In this document: positions 21,771 through 34,907 of the stretch, piece after piece
How the letters are laid out: each line of letters starts with the position of its first letter
Position numbering within the stretch: the stretch's first letter is position 1
Assembly (NCBI GenBank): GCA_965645245.1
Contig: OZ287070.1
Location: forward strand, 2,666,001-2,730,000
Reading direction: 5' to 3'
Origin: Massalongia carnosa
Lineage: Eukaryota
DNA: 64,000 nt
Notes under the pieces: generated by a model
The model's database searches: none
Told to the model about the DNA's origin: nothing
The model's input: the letters and a program-made list of their open reading frames with translations, nothing else
Translations under genes and position numbers: made by a program

Positions 21771-24461
21771 TAAGTACCTCCGAGTAAAGCCCGATGGATG
21801 CTTTTCTTCAACTTTTGAAGATAAGATTCGAAAATTGAAACCGAACCAGAACCCGTCGCATGCCCGAAAATCGCCCAGTGAGCCACCATCACATTCTCTC
21901 TCAGATAGGTTATTAAGCTTTATAATGACTGCATCCGTAACCAAATACTGCATGTCATCAAGCTTCGGCTTGATGGAGTCTGGGAATTTCTGTCAGTCTT
22001 GCGTATTGGAAGCTCACTACGGGAGGCCGAATATGCCGTAGTAATATTGAGTAAGCCTTTTTCAAAATGTAATTGGACCGAAGTACGAGATTAGTTACTG
22101 GAAATCATTCACTCGAAGACCTGTCATGATTCATCGATGTATCTCCTTACGGTACAATTCCTTCCTGGAGAATGGGAATATGAATCTTACGCAGAAATCC
22201 CTCAATAGAAGACGCTCCAAGACGAGATAGTGCATCAAACTTTGAGGAAGTCTTCAAGAAAACAAGCAAGACACCTTCTCTGGGTAATAGCATCGGAATC
22301 CCGGACGAGATCGGCGGCGGTTCGTCGGTGGATTTATCAACTTGCAGATTGGTAAGAAATTCCACAGATGTTTCTTAACAAATTGGCATGTCACTCGAAC
22401 ACTTACGCAATTGCTGCGTGCGTTTAAAAAACAAGCCGAATGCTGGTGTTCGAGTTATTTTCATATCAACGATCCAACTAGACAACTGTGCAGTATTTTG
22501 CTCAATCTCGACAATATGGCAATCAAAGACATGCTGATGCACGATGATAATCGATTGCGTAAGAACCTAGTTGAATTAGAAGCAGGGGAGAGAACCAAGT
22601 TTGTTTATGAAAAAGCAGAGAGAGACAGGAGAGGGGAAGTTTTTGATGGAAAAGGTAGAGTCACTTGGGTTTCACTTGCGGAAGGAGTTGATTCTTTCAA
22701 GCCTTAAAGCAGTTTAAGCAACAATAACTTTTTAATGCCATGCAAAAATGGATGAACACAAATACTGCTCAATCAAGGCAAGCGACAGACGGGACTTCTC
22801 TCTGTAATCGCTTTAGTTTAGCAGTTCAAACCCACGGTTGATGATATCACCACTCACACCATCCTGCCGATTTCCTTGACCTTTTGGATTACTTAGATAA
22901 ACGCGGGTATTGAATAGTTCCTTTAAGGATTCGCCACACAAAGATAATTGGCTGATTATGATAACGAACGCGAAAAAACGATATTCCTGATGAATGATTT
23001 CATTCTGCCAGTGAGAGGAATACTTAACACAAAAGATTTCTAGATTTCTTTCGGTTTTTTCACTTTAATGCTGATGCAAAAGGGGTTAAACACTGGTATA
23101 AGTCAATCGATTTACGATCGCGTCAATGAAGACATCTTACATCGTCTACTTGTTCAATGATTCGTCACCATATGAATAACTAGTCGAGCTCGACGCAACG
23201 TCATTTGTCATAATACTCGCTGGAAATTCCGACCTTCTTCGTCCTCAGAGCGGCAGGAAGCAGCGGCGAGAAACTAGGTGGAAGCAATGAAGGGAGAGAG
23301 TTGACAGGGACGCGGCCCGCCTACTGTAAACCAGCCGTGGGGCTTCACAACTGTCCTGGTATCAGTGACTCTCGTACCCGATCATACTCTCTTGATAGTT
23401 ACCCCCTTCATCAAGACATTCTATCGAAAATCCAACACTCATTTTGATGAATATGATGATTCACGTGTAGGTATAATAGCATGATTTTCATTGAAGGTAA
23501 TTATCTATGTGGGCTATCTACCTGCTTTTATAGCAGTCACAAAAAGCAGTCACTTAACAGTGATGCAGTAGGCCTCCCATAGCTGCCTGTTAGGCACCTC
23601 CATAACTGCCTATGAGGCACCTGTGGGACTCACGATGGATGCCTATACTGGTCGTAGTCGGACCATCTAACCGATGGTAGCCTCACCATTTAACACATTT
23701 ACCTCGTCAATCGGAGGGCCTGAAGGATCTTGTCATTTCTCAACTCCACCTCCCATTCCATCACCGTCGGCCCTCTCATCGACGATGTCGTTGTCATTAA
23801 CAGATCTCCCTCCGTTAATCGACGACAACTCGGATTGGATCCTAATCCGTGGCAAGGACTACCATTCATGCCATATCCTTGCCGCCTAAGTCCTCTCTGC
23901 TACCGCCAGGCCCTCGAGCGTTCATATGCTTCTGGCACAAATTGGTGAATGGCTTCAAGTTTGAAATCTTCTTTGGGCTCGTGGTCGCTTTTCTAGCAGT
24001 AGAGGTGGAAATAGGCCTTGACGGAAGCTGGGATATAACCGGAAGACTTGTAAGATCTGACTGCTAGAACTATGACTGCAATAGGCGGAATTGTAGCACG
24101 GGGCAATTGATATAACTAATTCGATCAAACGAATCTACAAATGCAAAGGAACTCAGAGAAAAGATTGGCCATCTAACACTACGTAAGGTAAAACTGCAGG
24201 TACTTGTGCCTGTTCTCTAGCCATTCAAAAGCCTCCATTCTAATCTTGTCGGTCGCCGCTTCCGATGCAAATTTCTGATTCCATGTAGTATTCCCATAGA
24301 TGTGGACTTGTCTAGCCTTGGTAGATGCGAGTGCTTTGTCAGCTGGTTTCGGCATTCAACATCAGTTGCTCGTTTAAGACTGGCAAGGAAGTATAACGTG
24401 CAAGAAGCCTCCTTCTTGTTCTATCCGCCGTTCACGTCAAACCTCCCTGCTCATGTTTCTT

Positions 24462-25898
24462 TCATCTACTCATTCCCAGCTCATCATTCTTTGTGCTACC
24501 TGTTTCTTCGCTGGATTTTGGGTTCTCGGCTTCATTCTCTTCTTCGTCGCTTGTATCATCTTCATCATCTTCATCATTCTGACCTTTAGCCGTAGCTTTG
24601 ACTTGATCAGAGATGACTGCTAGCAAGATCTCATTGTTTCCATCAGCCGCATTTTCCTTTCTTGCACCCTTCTTGTCCTCCTCGTCCTCCATCACCTTAT
24701 TCATCAGATTTTCCCACTCGTGCCCTAACTCTTCTACTAAGCCAAGGAGCATATTCTTGGGTAGAAATCTTCCTGGGGTGCCCCAGTACCACTTGTCAAA
24801 TTCCCTTTTCAGAGTTTCGCCTGTACGTTGTTCTCTCCAGGCCTTACGAAGAATCTGAACGCAATAATGAAAAAATGCATATCGAGCTCGAGGCCGAAAA
24901 TCACTTCGAAACTCGACATTAGTTCCGTCTAGGTCTCTCCATGTTTGATCCGAGCCAGGACGAATCATGAGGTCCATCTCAGAGTAATTATGGTCGATGA
25001 TGAAGATCTTGTACTCCTTCGGCTTGGAAGCGTTCCAAAGTGCTACCTGTTCTCTTGAGGGTAAATCTGGAAGCCGAGGGACAATTGTTAAAAAACCTTT
25101 GTCGAAAATGTCTTCCACCGCCGTGCTTAAAATTAATCCGTTAAGCGGCGAAAATAGTTCGGGAGTGTCTGTAGGACCGAAAATTGCGTCCATGGTATCT
25201 TGACCATGCATATAGGCAAAGAGGTGGGATGCCGATGTAAACCTCGCGTCAAACCAATCCTTTACAATAGGACACCAAAGGAACCTCTTTCGAGGATCAG
25301 GATCCTTCGAGTTGTATACATCGATCATATTGGTCCTGAACTCGCCTTGAGCGGAGGAGCTGCGTTTCCCCGCACTCGTCGAAGTGATTCCGAGTCCAAG
25401 CTTGCTTGTCGTGAAAAGTTTGACGAAGCTTCGACGGAGCGACCTACCCTTGTCCGCTTTGTTTCCCTCTCTCTTCAACCTATCAGCTTGTCGTAAACAT
25501 ATCTTTTCGTCAGCTTGCTGCGCCCGAAGTTCTTCGAGTAGCTCAGCTGCCTTCCTGCTTGAAGCCCATTTCACCTCGTCTTCCCCACCGGTCAAAAACT
25601 CATTCAGGGATATCTTCCTTTTTAACTCGGTGACACCTTGCATATGACGGGCCACCTCTGCTGCGCGTGTCCAGAATCTTGCAACGCGAGGGAGGTTAGT
25701 GATTGATCAGGCTAGGGATTCTAATTGGACAGATTCCTACGGTGTGTCAAAAGAGCCTTGAGGTTTGAGCGCCTTTCTTGCCCTCTTGAGATCATTGTTT
25801 GCCTCGGCCTTCTCCTTCTCGAGATTGTCTAGTTGTCGTTTACTTGAGCTCCGCGTTGGTATCTGGAAGGGCAGGATGGGCTCATTAGGGGAAGTCAT
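24462..25898 (-). CDS. HNH endonuclease-domain protein (~457 aa, two exons)
   Basis: ATG 25898; intron 25678-25740 (GTAGGA..CTAAC..AAG) joins in frame; WCPI..ASHLF..NGLILS..EDIFDKG and FRPRARY motifs; acidic C-terminal tail. Confidence 0.85.
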
Positions 25899-26451
25899 GA
25901 TAGAGCTGTAAAGTGCTGGTAGCGATAGCAACGGAAGTGAACGTGAAACTGAGGTGAAGCTGGATGTGAAAGTTGAGATCAGAATGAAACTGAGGCGAAA
26001 GTAGGATTGAAGGGAATTCAACTGAAGTTAAAGCTGAAGAGGAAGAATGAAAGTTGAAAGTGAAAGTCGAAAAGAAAGTGCGCACCCGCTCACACTAGCC
26101 CCGAAAGAGCGGACATGTGTCAATGAGCACATTCGGGCTACACATAGGGTTAGGGTTTGCTAGTCATCATGTTGAAACATCTGGATGAGAATCTATTGGA
26201 CTTGTCCAACATCAGAAAAATGTTAACATAAGATGTCAAAGCAATTCTACAAGCGATACGTTCGCTGTTTACTCTGGAAATTTAGGTACACCTCTTGACA
26301 AAATGATTGGCCCCGAAAGTACGTGGTTAAAAAATACTTTAACAATAAGCGACTAAACTAGACCACTTATTTCAATGCGATATTAGCAGGTACCGAGATT
26401 GATATCATGAGGGTGCAGTGATGATGAAGTAGAATAGCGGTGGGCAGGAGG

Positions 26452-26704
26452 TGTCATGATTCTAGACGGCACGACCTCGGCACTCGGCACCGTCTAGGGC
26501 AATCGTAGATGGAACACGGATAGGCACTTTCGATTTCGTTCCTGCAACTACTAGAAGGATCCATGACGACTATACCACATGGGTACTAGCGCAGTAGAGG
26601 ATATATAGGAGCAGGTTCTGGTTGTCGATTGTGTTTTTCCTTCTTTATCTTTATTGTATTCGTTTCTAGTGTCCCTATGACTTGTCTCTAGGTAGATCAT
26701 AACA
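26452..26704. repeat. Solo LTR (253 bp), TSD GGAGG
   Basis: TGTCATGAT...ATCATAACA flanked by GGAGG on both sides. Confidence 0.9.
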
Positions 26705-26794
26705 GGAGGAGGGAGAAGTGGTTTATATATTAATCGTCGGCTAGTCGCTCGCTTAATCCTCTCCCTCCAAGAAGCATTCGAGGAAACCCCACCT

Positions 26795-27105
26795 TTGGTG
26801 GCTATATTAGCAAGTGCTACGAACTCAGGAGTACAATGACTGCCATGATTATCCATGAGCAATATTTTCCAGTCTGCTTGTGATCCGAGTCTGAATGATC
26901 AATATAATGCTGAAGAAACACCTGTTTATCTTGTCAGAGATAAATCCGTTTTCTGAAGACATAATTCAAGTTCCCTTCGACAGCTCTTTTGGAAACCAGC
27001 CCAGCATGATTTCATGTCCTTGTATAAGAATTAAAGATGATGAAGAATAGTCGCCCGCTGCATTGATGCATTCAAATACCGTGAGAGATTGACGATTTTC
27101 AGGAC
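26795..27105 (-). pseudogene. pogo/Fot1 DDE transposase fragment
   Basis: SPENRQSLTVFECINAAG ... LLMDNHGSHCTPEF. Confidence 0.85.
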
Positions 27106-30100
27106 TTGATTTGATTTGATTATTCTTACGCCGTTGTGTCACCGGCCGAAGGCCGGCCCATGCGGGAGATGCTATATAAGCTATGTAATAAGTAGAAAAC
27201 CCAAAGGTGAAAAACTACTCCTGCGTATGCGCTTCATCGGGGGTTCGCCGCTCCCGCGGATTGATTCCTATATCTCGAAAATCTGCGATACCTGTTTTTC
27301 AACTGAAGAGAGACTGCCCGGCTGCTGTTCAAGCAGTTGCGTGGCAATGGAATACTGTGTTAAAATACCTGTGCGCATGAGCCACGCGGTTACTACTTTG
27401 AGAGCTTTGGGTTCGGTGATTAGCTTGCGGTAGTCTGACGAGCCTGCCGTTCGTAGCATGTGCGTTCTGTGTTCGTGCAGTCTGCAAAACATGATTACAT
27501 GTTTGGCTGTTTGTAAGATGCTTCCGCAGGGACATGCCGCCGAGTTCACACCTGGGACCTTGCGCCGATATAGAAAGTTGGCCAGTCCGATTTTTTCCGT
27601 TCTTATCTGTGTTGCTAGTGAGCTTTGCGCTTTGTCTAGTAACTTGTGTGCGTTAAGCCTTTTCCTGTGTATAGGCGCCTGTTGTGCGATCGTGGGATAT
27701 AACGTGTGTTTTGCTTGATATGCTTTCCACTTGTTGATCCACTGATTCTTAAAGTGCTTCTTTATTATCCCGTCTCGTTGGTTCTGCGTCGTTACTTGCG
27801 CTGTGCGTTGTCTCTTCTGTGCCTCGTCGATCGTTGTCCAGGGAGAGGGAGAGGGTTGATCCAGTTTAACTATTTTCGGTGCGTCTTTCGTCATCTTTTT
27901 ACCCATTCTCGTTTACGAGTTCCTGGTGTTTTCTCTGCGACTCGCGATTGACCTCTTTTACCTCTGAGTTTCACTTGAATTCTATTGCACGCCTGCTTTA
28001 TGATTTTTTCCTGTTCGCTGTTCGAGATTCTGGATCTCGTTTTTGCTTGTAAGCGGTCTATATGTTGCGTTAAGGGAGGGATGTGGGTTTCTGGCTGTAA
28101 TAATTCAATTGGGGTAGCCTTGTACGCTCCGGCTATGACTCGTAAACACTTGTTTTGTATGACTTCGAGTTTTCTTCTTGATTCGACTTTGGCTTTCTTT
28201 CTTGCTTCGGCTGGCATGTGCCATGCTATCGAGCCGTGCGACATGGCGGGGCGTATCACTGCTGTGTACACGTGGCGGGCTCGTAGGAGGGTCGCCCCCC
28301 AGGTTGAGGCTGCGATTTTGCTCAGTTCCATTGTTTGTCTCGTCATTTTCTTCTGAATTTCCTTGTAATACGCTGCCCAATCGAGTCTAGTGTCAATTTA
28401 TACTCCCAGGACTCTTATCAAAGTCTTGGTCTTCAGGATCTTGCCTCTTACCGCGAAGGATGCGTCCAGGTTGAATTTCTTTGGATTCTTTGCCAGGTGT
28501 ATCAGCTCGTATTTGTGTGGCGCGAATACGGAGCCGTGGCGAGCGGCCCATCGTTCGCAGTCGTCGTGTATTTTTTCCAGCGTTTTGCAATTCTCTTCGG
28601 TGGACTTTCCGTACGCCAGTATATTGACGTCGTCTACGAAACCCATGCCCGCTGCGTTGGTACCTGGTCTATTGCAAATATCGAGTAAGTCTGCATTATA
28701 AAAGAGATATAGAATGGGAGACAAAGGAGATCCTTTGCGGAATTCCTATACTCAGCCGGAATGCGGTGGCTGTTCGTTGATTGATCGTGAGAGTGGTTTC
28801 TCTTTCCTTGAGGAAGCTTTCTGTCCATTTCGTGATCCATTCCGGAATTTTTCTCTTTCTCAGCTTATGAATGAGCCTACGATGTGACACCGTATCGAAG
28901 GCGCCTGAGACGTCGATACTAAGAAGCGATGCTACTTTGTCTTTCCCTTGATTCCAGACCGTGTGTACCTGCTCCGTGAGCAGTTCGAGCGCTGTGTCCG
29001 TTGCGCGGCCTGGTCTTGCTCCCACTTGCGTGTCTGGAATTAATCTGAGTTTTTCCGTTAAATAGCTTATTTTCCTCGCTATAATGGATTCTAGCATTTT
29101 CCAAGCGTGTTTAGGAGCGCAATGGGTCTCCACGCCTTAGGATCCGCGTAATTACTCTTTCCTGGTTTCTTCAGTGTGATGATGTTGGCGATTTTGAACG
29201 CTCGAGGATGATAACCCTGCTCTGCGCAGGCCTAGAACAGTGGTGTCAGCAACTTGATCAGATTTTCCGAGCATGCCTTGAGAATTCTATTTGTGATCCC
29301 GTCCGGACCGGGTGCCTTGTCTGGTTTCGGCCTACGAAGCGCTGCCGCCACTTCTTCTTTCGTGATCAGGATGGGGCAGTCTGGGGTTTGCGGGTACGTG
29401 TATCCTACGATGTCGCTGAGATCTGCGTCCAGGGGTGGGGGGGAAGAAAGATTTCTTAAGCATTTTCGCTTTCTCTTCGAAGGTATTGGCTATCGTATCA
29501 GGGTCCTGGGTTGGCTAGGGGGGGCATTTTTGGGATTTCTCTGATGGTGTCACTTTTGTTTTTACCCCACTTTGCTAGACGGAAGAGTTCGGATTGGGAA
29601 ATTGTGATTGTGGCTATTTGCTGTTTGAAGCAAAGATTTTTTGCTTTACCGATAAGTTTTTGTTTCTTATCGTTTGCTTTAACGTAGTTTTTCCAATCCG
29701 CTAGGTTTCTTTCCGCGGTCCAGATTCTTCGTAGCCTACGAGTCTCTCTTGTTGCGTCGTCGCATTCCTTATTCCAAAAAGGTTTCGCCTCCGGGCTTGG
29801 TCTGGCCCATGGTACTGCTTTATCTACGATTTCCTTGAGATAATCCTGGATTTCCTTGCTATATTGATCGATTTCCTCGATGCTGTGCGGCATGCGTGGT
29901 GCGGGGGTTCTTTTCTCGATTTCTTTTACCTTGTCCATGTTTAGAAGTTTCCAGGCCCTTCGTGGGAGCTTTGTCAGGGGTTCGCAGGAGAGCCGCAGTC
30001 TCGTTGAAATCGGTATGTGATCGGAATCTTGATTCATCTCCGGGACCGTGGTGCAGTGTTCCAATCTCTCCGTTAAATCTTCTGTCATGAACACCAGATC

Positions 30101-32707
30101 AATGGTGCTGGTCGAGTTTCTCGTTTCCCATTTAATTGTTCCTGTCAGCCAATTTAGTGGTCAAGCAGTAAGCGATATCTAGCTCGGATACGGTAATCTA
30201 TTAACCGAATCCCAACATTCTAGTAACTGAGAGAATGGGTGGAAAATCCTTTCAATTCAAGCAATCATCACCTCAATTCCAAGTGTCAATTCCAAGTGTC
30301 AATTCCAAGTGTCAATTTCAAGTGTCTATCTAAAACGTAAATCATTCTCCAATCACCAAGAGCTTAGATCAATAAATCAAGCTCAATAGTTTCTCTTGGA
30401 AGTGTGAGAGATTTTTGTTTTCTATAATCTCCAGCAGTTGTTCGGACGCCTCGTGCTGTCCTCGTACCCCTGCTCCACCCCAGTATGGGTGATGGAGATT
30501 GAAGTCTCCTAGAAGAATATGCTCTCCGGGGTCTTCTAGTTGGTGTAATACGGTCGATAGGGTGAACGGGCTAGTTATCGAGGAAGTGGATAAGGGCGAT
30601 GGATTGTACACGTTGTGTATGTGAATCATTTTTGTTCCGTTTCAGATTCTTACTCTTATTTTCAATGTGCTCATATCCTTTGACGGCTATTCCACTTCCC
30701 AGCTTTCTGGGTCTATTTTGTTATTGATATAAAAGCAAACTCTCGTGTCGCCCCCTGGTTTATAAAGAAGATGGAACCCACTTTGATAGGGGTTAAGAAG
30801 TAGGGACGTCGTAGGGTTTTTCCACGGTTCTTGAATAGCTATGATGTCGAAATCCTGTGTTCTTTTATCTGACAGCAAGGGTGTCAGTGTGCCTTTGGCA
30901 CTTTTCCTGATATTGTACTGCAGTATCGTAAGGGTTTCTGTGTTCTTCATAGCATTTTTTCGTTGTTGAGTTGTATCTCGTTGGTGTTTCTTGCTCTAGT
31001 CATCGGATGTCCTCTTTTCGGTTTGGCGAAGACCGACTCTCTGTTTTCTGGGTTCATTATTTTTGCCCTCGCCGACCCCCATTCTTCCCTCCCTCGTAGA
31101 ATCCTCCGTTCTTGTGCTTCTTGTGGTGATAACGAGCGCGATCGAGTGACTCTCAGTTCTCTAATTGATCTCACACTTTCTTTTCTCTTACTTATCGTCT
31201 TCGTGGTTTCTGTCATTTCCACTTCGTTTTCCGCCTCTTCTCCTTCCTGCGGCTCCGCCTCGTTGGTGATGTGTGTCGATGGGAACTCATTTTGTGAGGC
31301 GTCGGTGGGTTTGTTTGATTGGTCTTTTGATTCCCATGACCTGCTTCGGTTTCGTCCTCGACTACGACTTCCATACGCCCCCCCTGCGCTTGACTGAGGA
31401 TTGCTTTATTTACTTCGGGTGGGGGCGGCACTGCGTACAAGCGCCGGCGTGATTCTCTTGTGATTTCCGTGCGGTGTTTTTTCTCTTTCCTGATTTGGCA
31501 TTCCGCTGCCCACGCTGGGTGTCCCTTGTCCCCGCATACTGCGCATCGTAGGGACCTTCCGGTTCTGCTGCATGGGCAGTTTCTGCTGTCTTGCCTTCTG
31601 ACGCAGTACCCGCAGACGGTGGGATTTTTGCAAAACTTCGCGATGTGTCTGTATTGCTGACAATTGGAGCATTGCGTGAGCTTGCAGCCGGCTTCGAAGA
31701 GCTCGCATGTTTTTATTTCCCCTTCGTCCGCCAGTCCTACGAGGATCAAACGATTGGCCATTTCCGCAGTTTCTACCTCAATGTGTAACGAGGCGTAGCG
31801 CTTGTTTTGTTTGCGGGCTCTGGCGCTCCAGGCTACTCGATTGATTTTCAGTCCTTCATGCAATCCTGCGTTTTCCTTTGTCAAGTATTCCAATGCTTTC
31901 GCTTGCTTTGACCCTCTCACTTCGTTCATTTTTACTCCGTGAGCTAGAATTGCATAGCCTTCTTTGCGTATCGTCGCTGATGCAGCAACTCTCTTTATCC
32001 ATTCCGAGTGTGCTTGCAAGGTTTCCTTGACTTCCGGTGTTGTTACGTGAATTTTTAGATATCCACTTAGTAGTCGTCGGATGCCCGTCACCTCTTCGTT
32101 GGAGACTCGTAGGGCGTCTACTATTTCCTTTGTGGTATTTTTACCTAGGGCTTCCTGCTCCTTGGGGTCTTCTATTCTCACAATGATTTCCTTCATTTTC
32201 TCTTCTCTCTGAGGGTGTTTTCCTCGTTGAGGCCTTGATTCTTCACTTCGGTTTCCTGTCCGCTTTTACGCTTTCCTGCTGCGACCGCCGCGTAGCTGAG
32301 AGCCTTGCCGTTATTCTCGCCCTGTTTTTCTATCTTCCTCCAATCTTTGCTGAATATCCTGCAATGTATCTTGAAAATTTTCCTGCGTCGACGCGTCGAG
32401 CGCGTCGCGTTCCGATGAAGTTTTTTCTATGAACTCAACAAGATCGAGTATCCAACGCCTCGCCTCCGCGCCGGCTACAATCACATCTGCTCTTTCCAGA
32501 AATTCTCTTGCTTTGCTTGTTAGCTCGTGAGTTTCACTTATCTCTTGCCCTTGGGCGTCGACACTCGTTGTCGTATTCATTTTCCTCGATCGATAGTAAT
32601 GATTTAGGATGTGATAATAATATAATAATGTGATAGTAAATCTGATAGTAATTTAAATGCTTCTTGGAGGGAGAGGATTAGTTAAGCGAGCGACTAGCCG
32701 ACGATTA
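27106..32707 (-). mobile_element. Tad1-like LINE, near full length, degenerate
   Basis: ORF1 with Cys-rich knuckles (QCSNCQQYRHIAKFC). ORF2 with AP endonuclease (LQYNI, IAIQEPW, LLGDFNLHHP, DSDH), RT (DVSGAFDTVSH, GFVDD) and C-terminal CPCG..HVIMFC. 3' tail of AATCA repeats at 27106-27120. Confidence 0.93.
30143..30388. repeat. Solo LTR in the LINE endonuclease region, with internal 13-bp tandem repeat
   Basis: TGTCAGC...GCTCAATA; flanks GTTCC/GTTTC; about four CAATTCCAAGTGT units. Confidence 0.75.
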
Positions 32708-32963
32708 GCAAATCCGTTTTTTGCTTACGACGAATTTGACATACGGATAGCGCGCACGGTTATCACTGTTTTTATGCCTAGAACTGAAGAGATCTAACAG
32801 CAAGATATAGTTTTCCTCAACCTTTCTCTTTAAGTTTTCTGTGTTATACAAAGTAAAGGAATGATAAGCAGAAACCAAGAATCATTTGATGAATCATAGG
32901 TTACACTTTTCAAATGATCTAGAGCAGAAGCTCGGCTGTTTCCAAACCAACTCCAAGTTATAA

Positions 32964-34907
32964 TTAAAGAAAGAAGGCAGCGTCAAGAACGCCAACCGTG
33001 CATAATGACCATAAAAACTTTCCTCTTAATAGCCTTCCAGTTGCGCCCGTGAAAGAGGCCGCGACTATGGATCCAGAGTTCCCATTGCCAAGAATCGAGC
33101 TTCCGATAGAGCTCACGCTTGAGGAGCCCACGGCTAACCTCTGTGCTGCCGTCAGCGCCATGGTGTTAGTTCCCATTACAACAAACGACTCTCCAGGAGT
33201 GAGAGAAACCGGGGTTCCAGAGACTGTAAGTGCAGGACCACCCGGGATGAGAGTTTGCCCGCCGAGCAAAAATTGCGGCGTGACCTGCGTTTGATAATAT
33301 GACTCAGGTCTTATGGTCACCGTGCTGGAGTTGGTGGTCGGGAATGTATCGGGCGGGGCGAGAGGAGTGGGATTGTCGGAAATCGTAGCTATTGCAACTC
33401 CTGATAGCAATATTTGAGTTTCGGTGACATATTCCCCGCCCGTCTCAACTTTGAAAGTATTCAGTTTGACTGTTATGATCTCAGGAAGCTCCTGTGAAAA
33501 ATGGGAGGGGGTTTTTAAGTTAGCCGTTAGAGATAAAGTATTAATATTGCTAACTGTAACGACAGCAGATGGAAGGTGAGAAATAAGAATTCCGAAAACA
33601 GTGTTAAATGCAGCATCTGACGTAAGAGTTTGACTTGCAAAAGTGTATCCACCGTCTAATATTGCCGTAAAATCATCATTCTGGATGATGAGCGTTTTAG
33701 AACTCAGCCCTAAGTTAACGCCAGCGAAACCTAACGAAGGTAGAGGCAAGCCTTTCAGAAAAGCTGTGCTAACCGATCCTCCAAGAAACAACGGTTTGAC
33801 TAGAGACAAAAGATTCTCTACCAATAGCAACCGGTACCACTACTGAGTCTATATTTGATGGAGCTTCTTGGTTCGGTAAAATGCTTGCATTGTTCTTAGT
33901 ATTGAACGACTTTTCTAAATTTTTGGACGAGTGAGCCATTGAAGGCATTGCGGCAGATTCAGTTCTGTCTCGAGAAGTCATTGCAGTACCGGACCTATAT
34001 CCGACAACTGAGGATGTAGTCTCGATACCCACGACATTGTCGTCATGGTTAGAGAACTGTGAGTTAGTTACGAGGATCTTGATGATGGTGGAAGTGGGTG
34101 TACTGGCGAAGGCAGATGAAATAGTGGGATATACTGTCGGAAGGCTCGCAGGTATTGATGGCGAAGCATTCAGGGCGGCAGATTTCTTAAACGTCGATGT
34201 GTCTTCATAAGTTGTAGATGTTGCGGTAAGGCTTGAGACACGTACTAGATACCCGGGAGGGCTGGCCCATTCAGTGTCACATGTTGCTTTTATGTCAAAG
34301 AAATCAGAAAGTTCAAGGCCATTGGAAATATCTCTGCGTAGAAGAAAGGGCCGAGTTCGCGCCTTTTCTATGTTTAAACACTCGATCTTGCCAGCGCTAT
34401 TGTTAACAGGCAAGTGCGAATAACTCTTGATTGTTGTATAGCCTGCATAGCCTGTTGGATACCTCCTTTGAAGAATTATCAACTCTACTGTAAATATAAA
34501 TCGAAAATGAGATTACTTACAAAACATATTCTATGTCACCCATAGTTGTCGTGATTATCGATCCTGAGACGATTTGAGCAGCATAGTTTACGCTGCTGGG
34601 AAGTGAAAATCTTTCAGCTTGAACGATCGAAGTTCTTGTGACATTCGATGAGTTGTTGAAGATTTTGACGATTGTTGCAGCAGTATAGGTAAATTCCTCT
34701 GAGTGCCATTCGAATCCGAAGTATTCCATAGATTCTTTACATCTGTGACATGCAGACGCAGTCAAGTTATCTGTTAGTGTAACTAAGAATTTCTGTTAGT
34801 AATTGACTTAAATATTTACAAGATAATATTCAACCTGTAGTATCAAACGTCATAGCAAGGCAGATGGGTATGACAAAAAAACCGAAATTGACGACAGATC
34901 TGAACAT
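32964..34907 (-). CDS. Ser/Thr-rich secreted, probably GPI-anchored cell-surface protein (frame break near 33800)
   Basis: Signal-like MFRSVVNFGFFVIPICLA, two predicted introns, S/T-rich body, GGQTLIPGGPALTVSGTPVSL repeat, C-terminal SFTGA plus hydrophobic tail. Confidence 0.65.

Noticed and set aside
23510..23650. Clustered CTGCCT/GCAGT/GGCACCT short repeats
   Set aside because: Could be a transposon subterminus, but no partner end or TSD was found.
23850..23945. Possible GNAT acetyltransferase remnant on the minus strand (LEGLAVAE..LRRQGYG)
   Set aside because: Short, needs a frameshift and a stop to assemble; not enough support.
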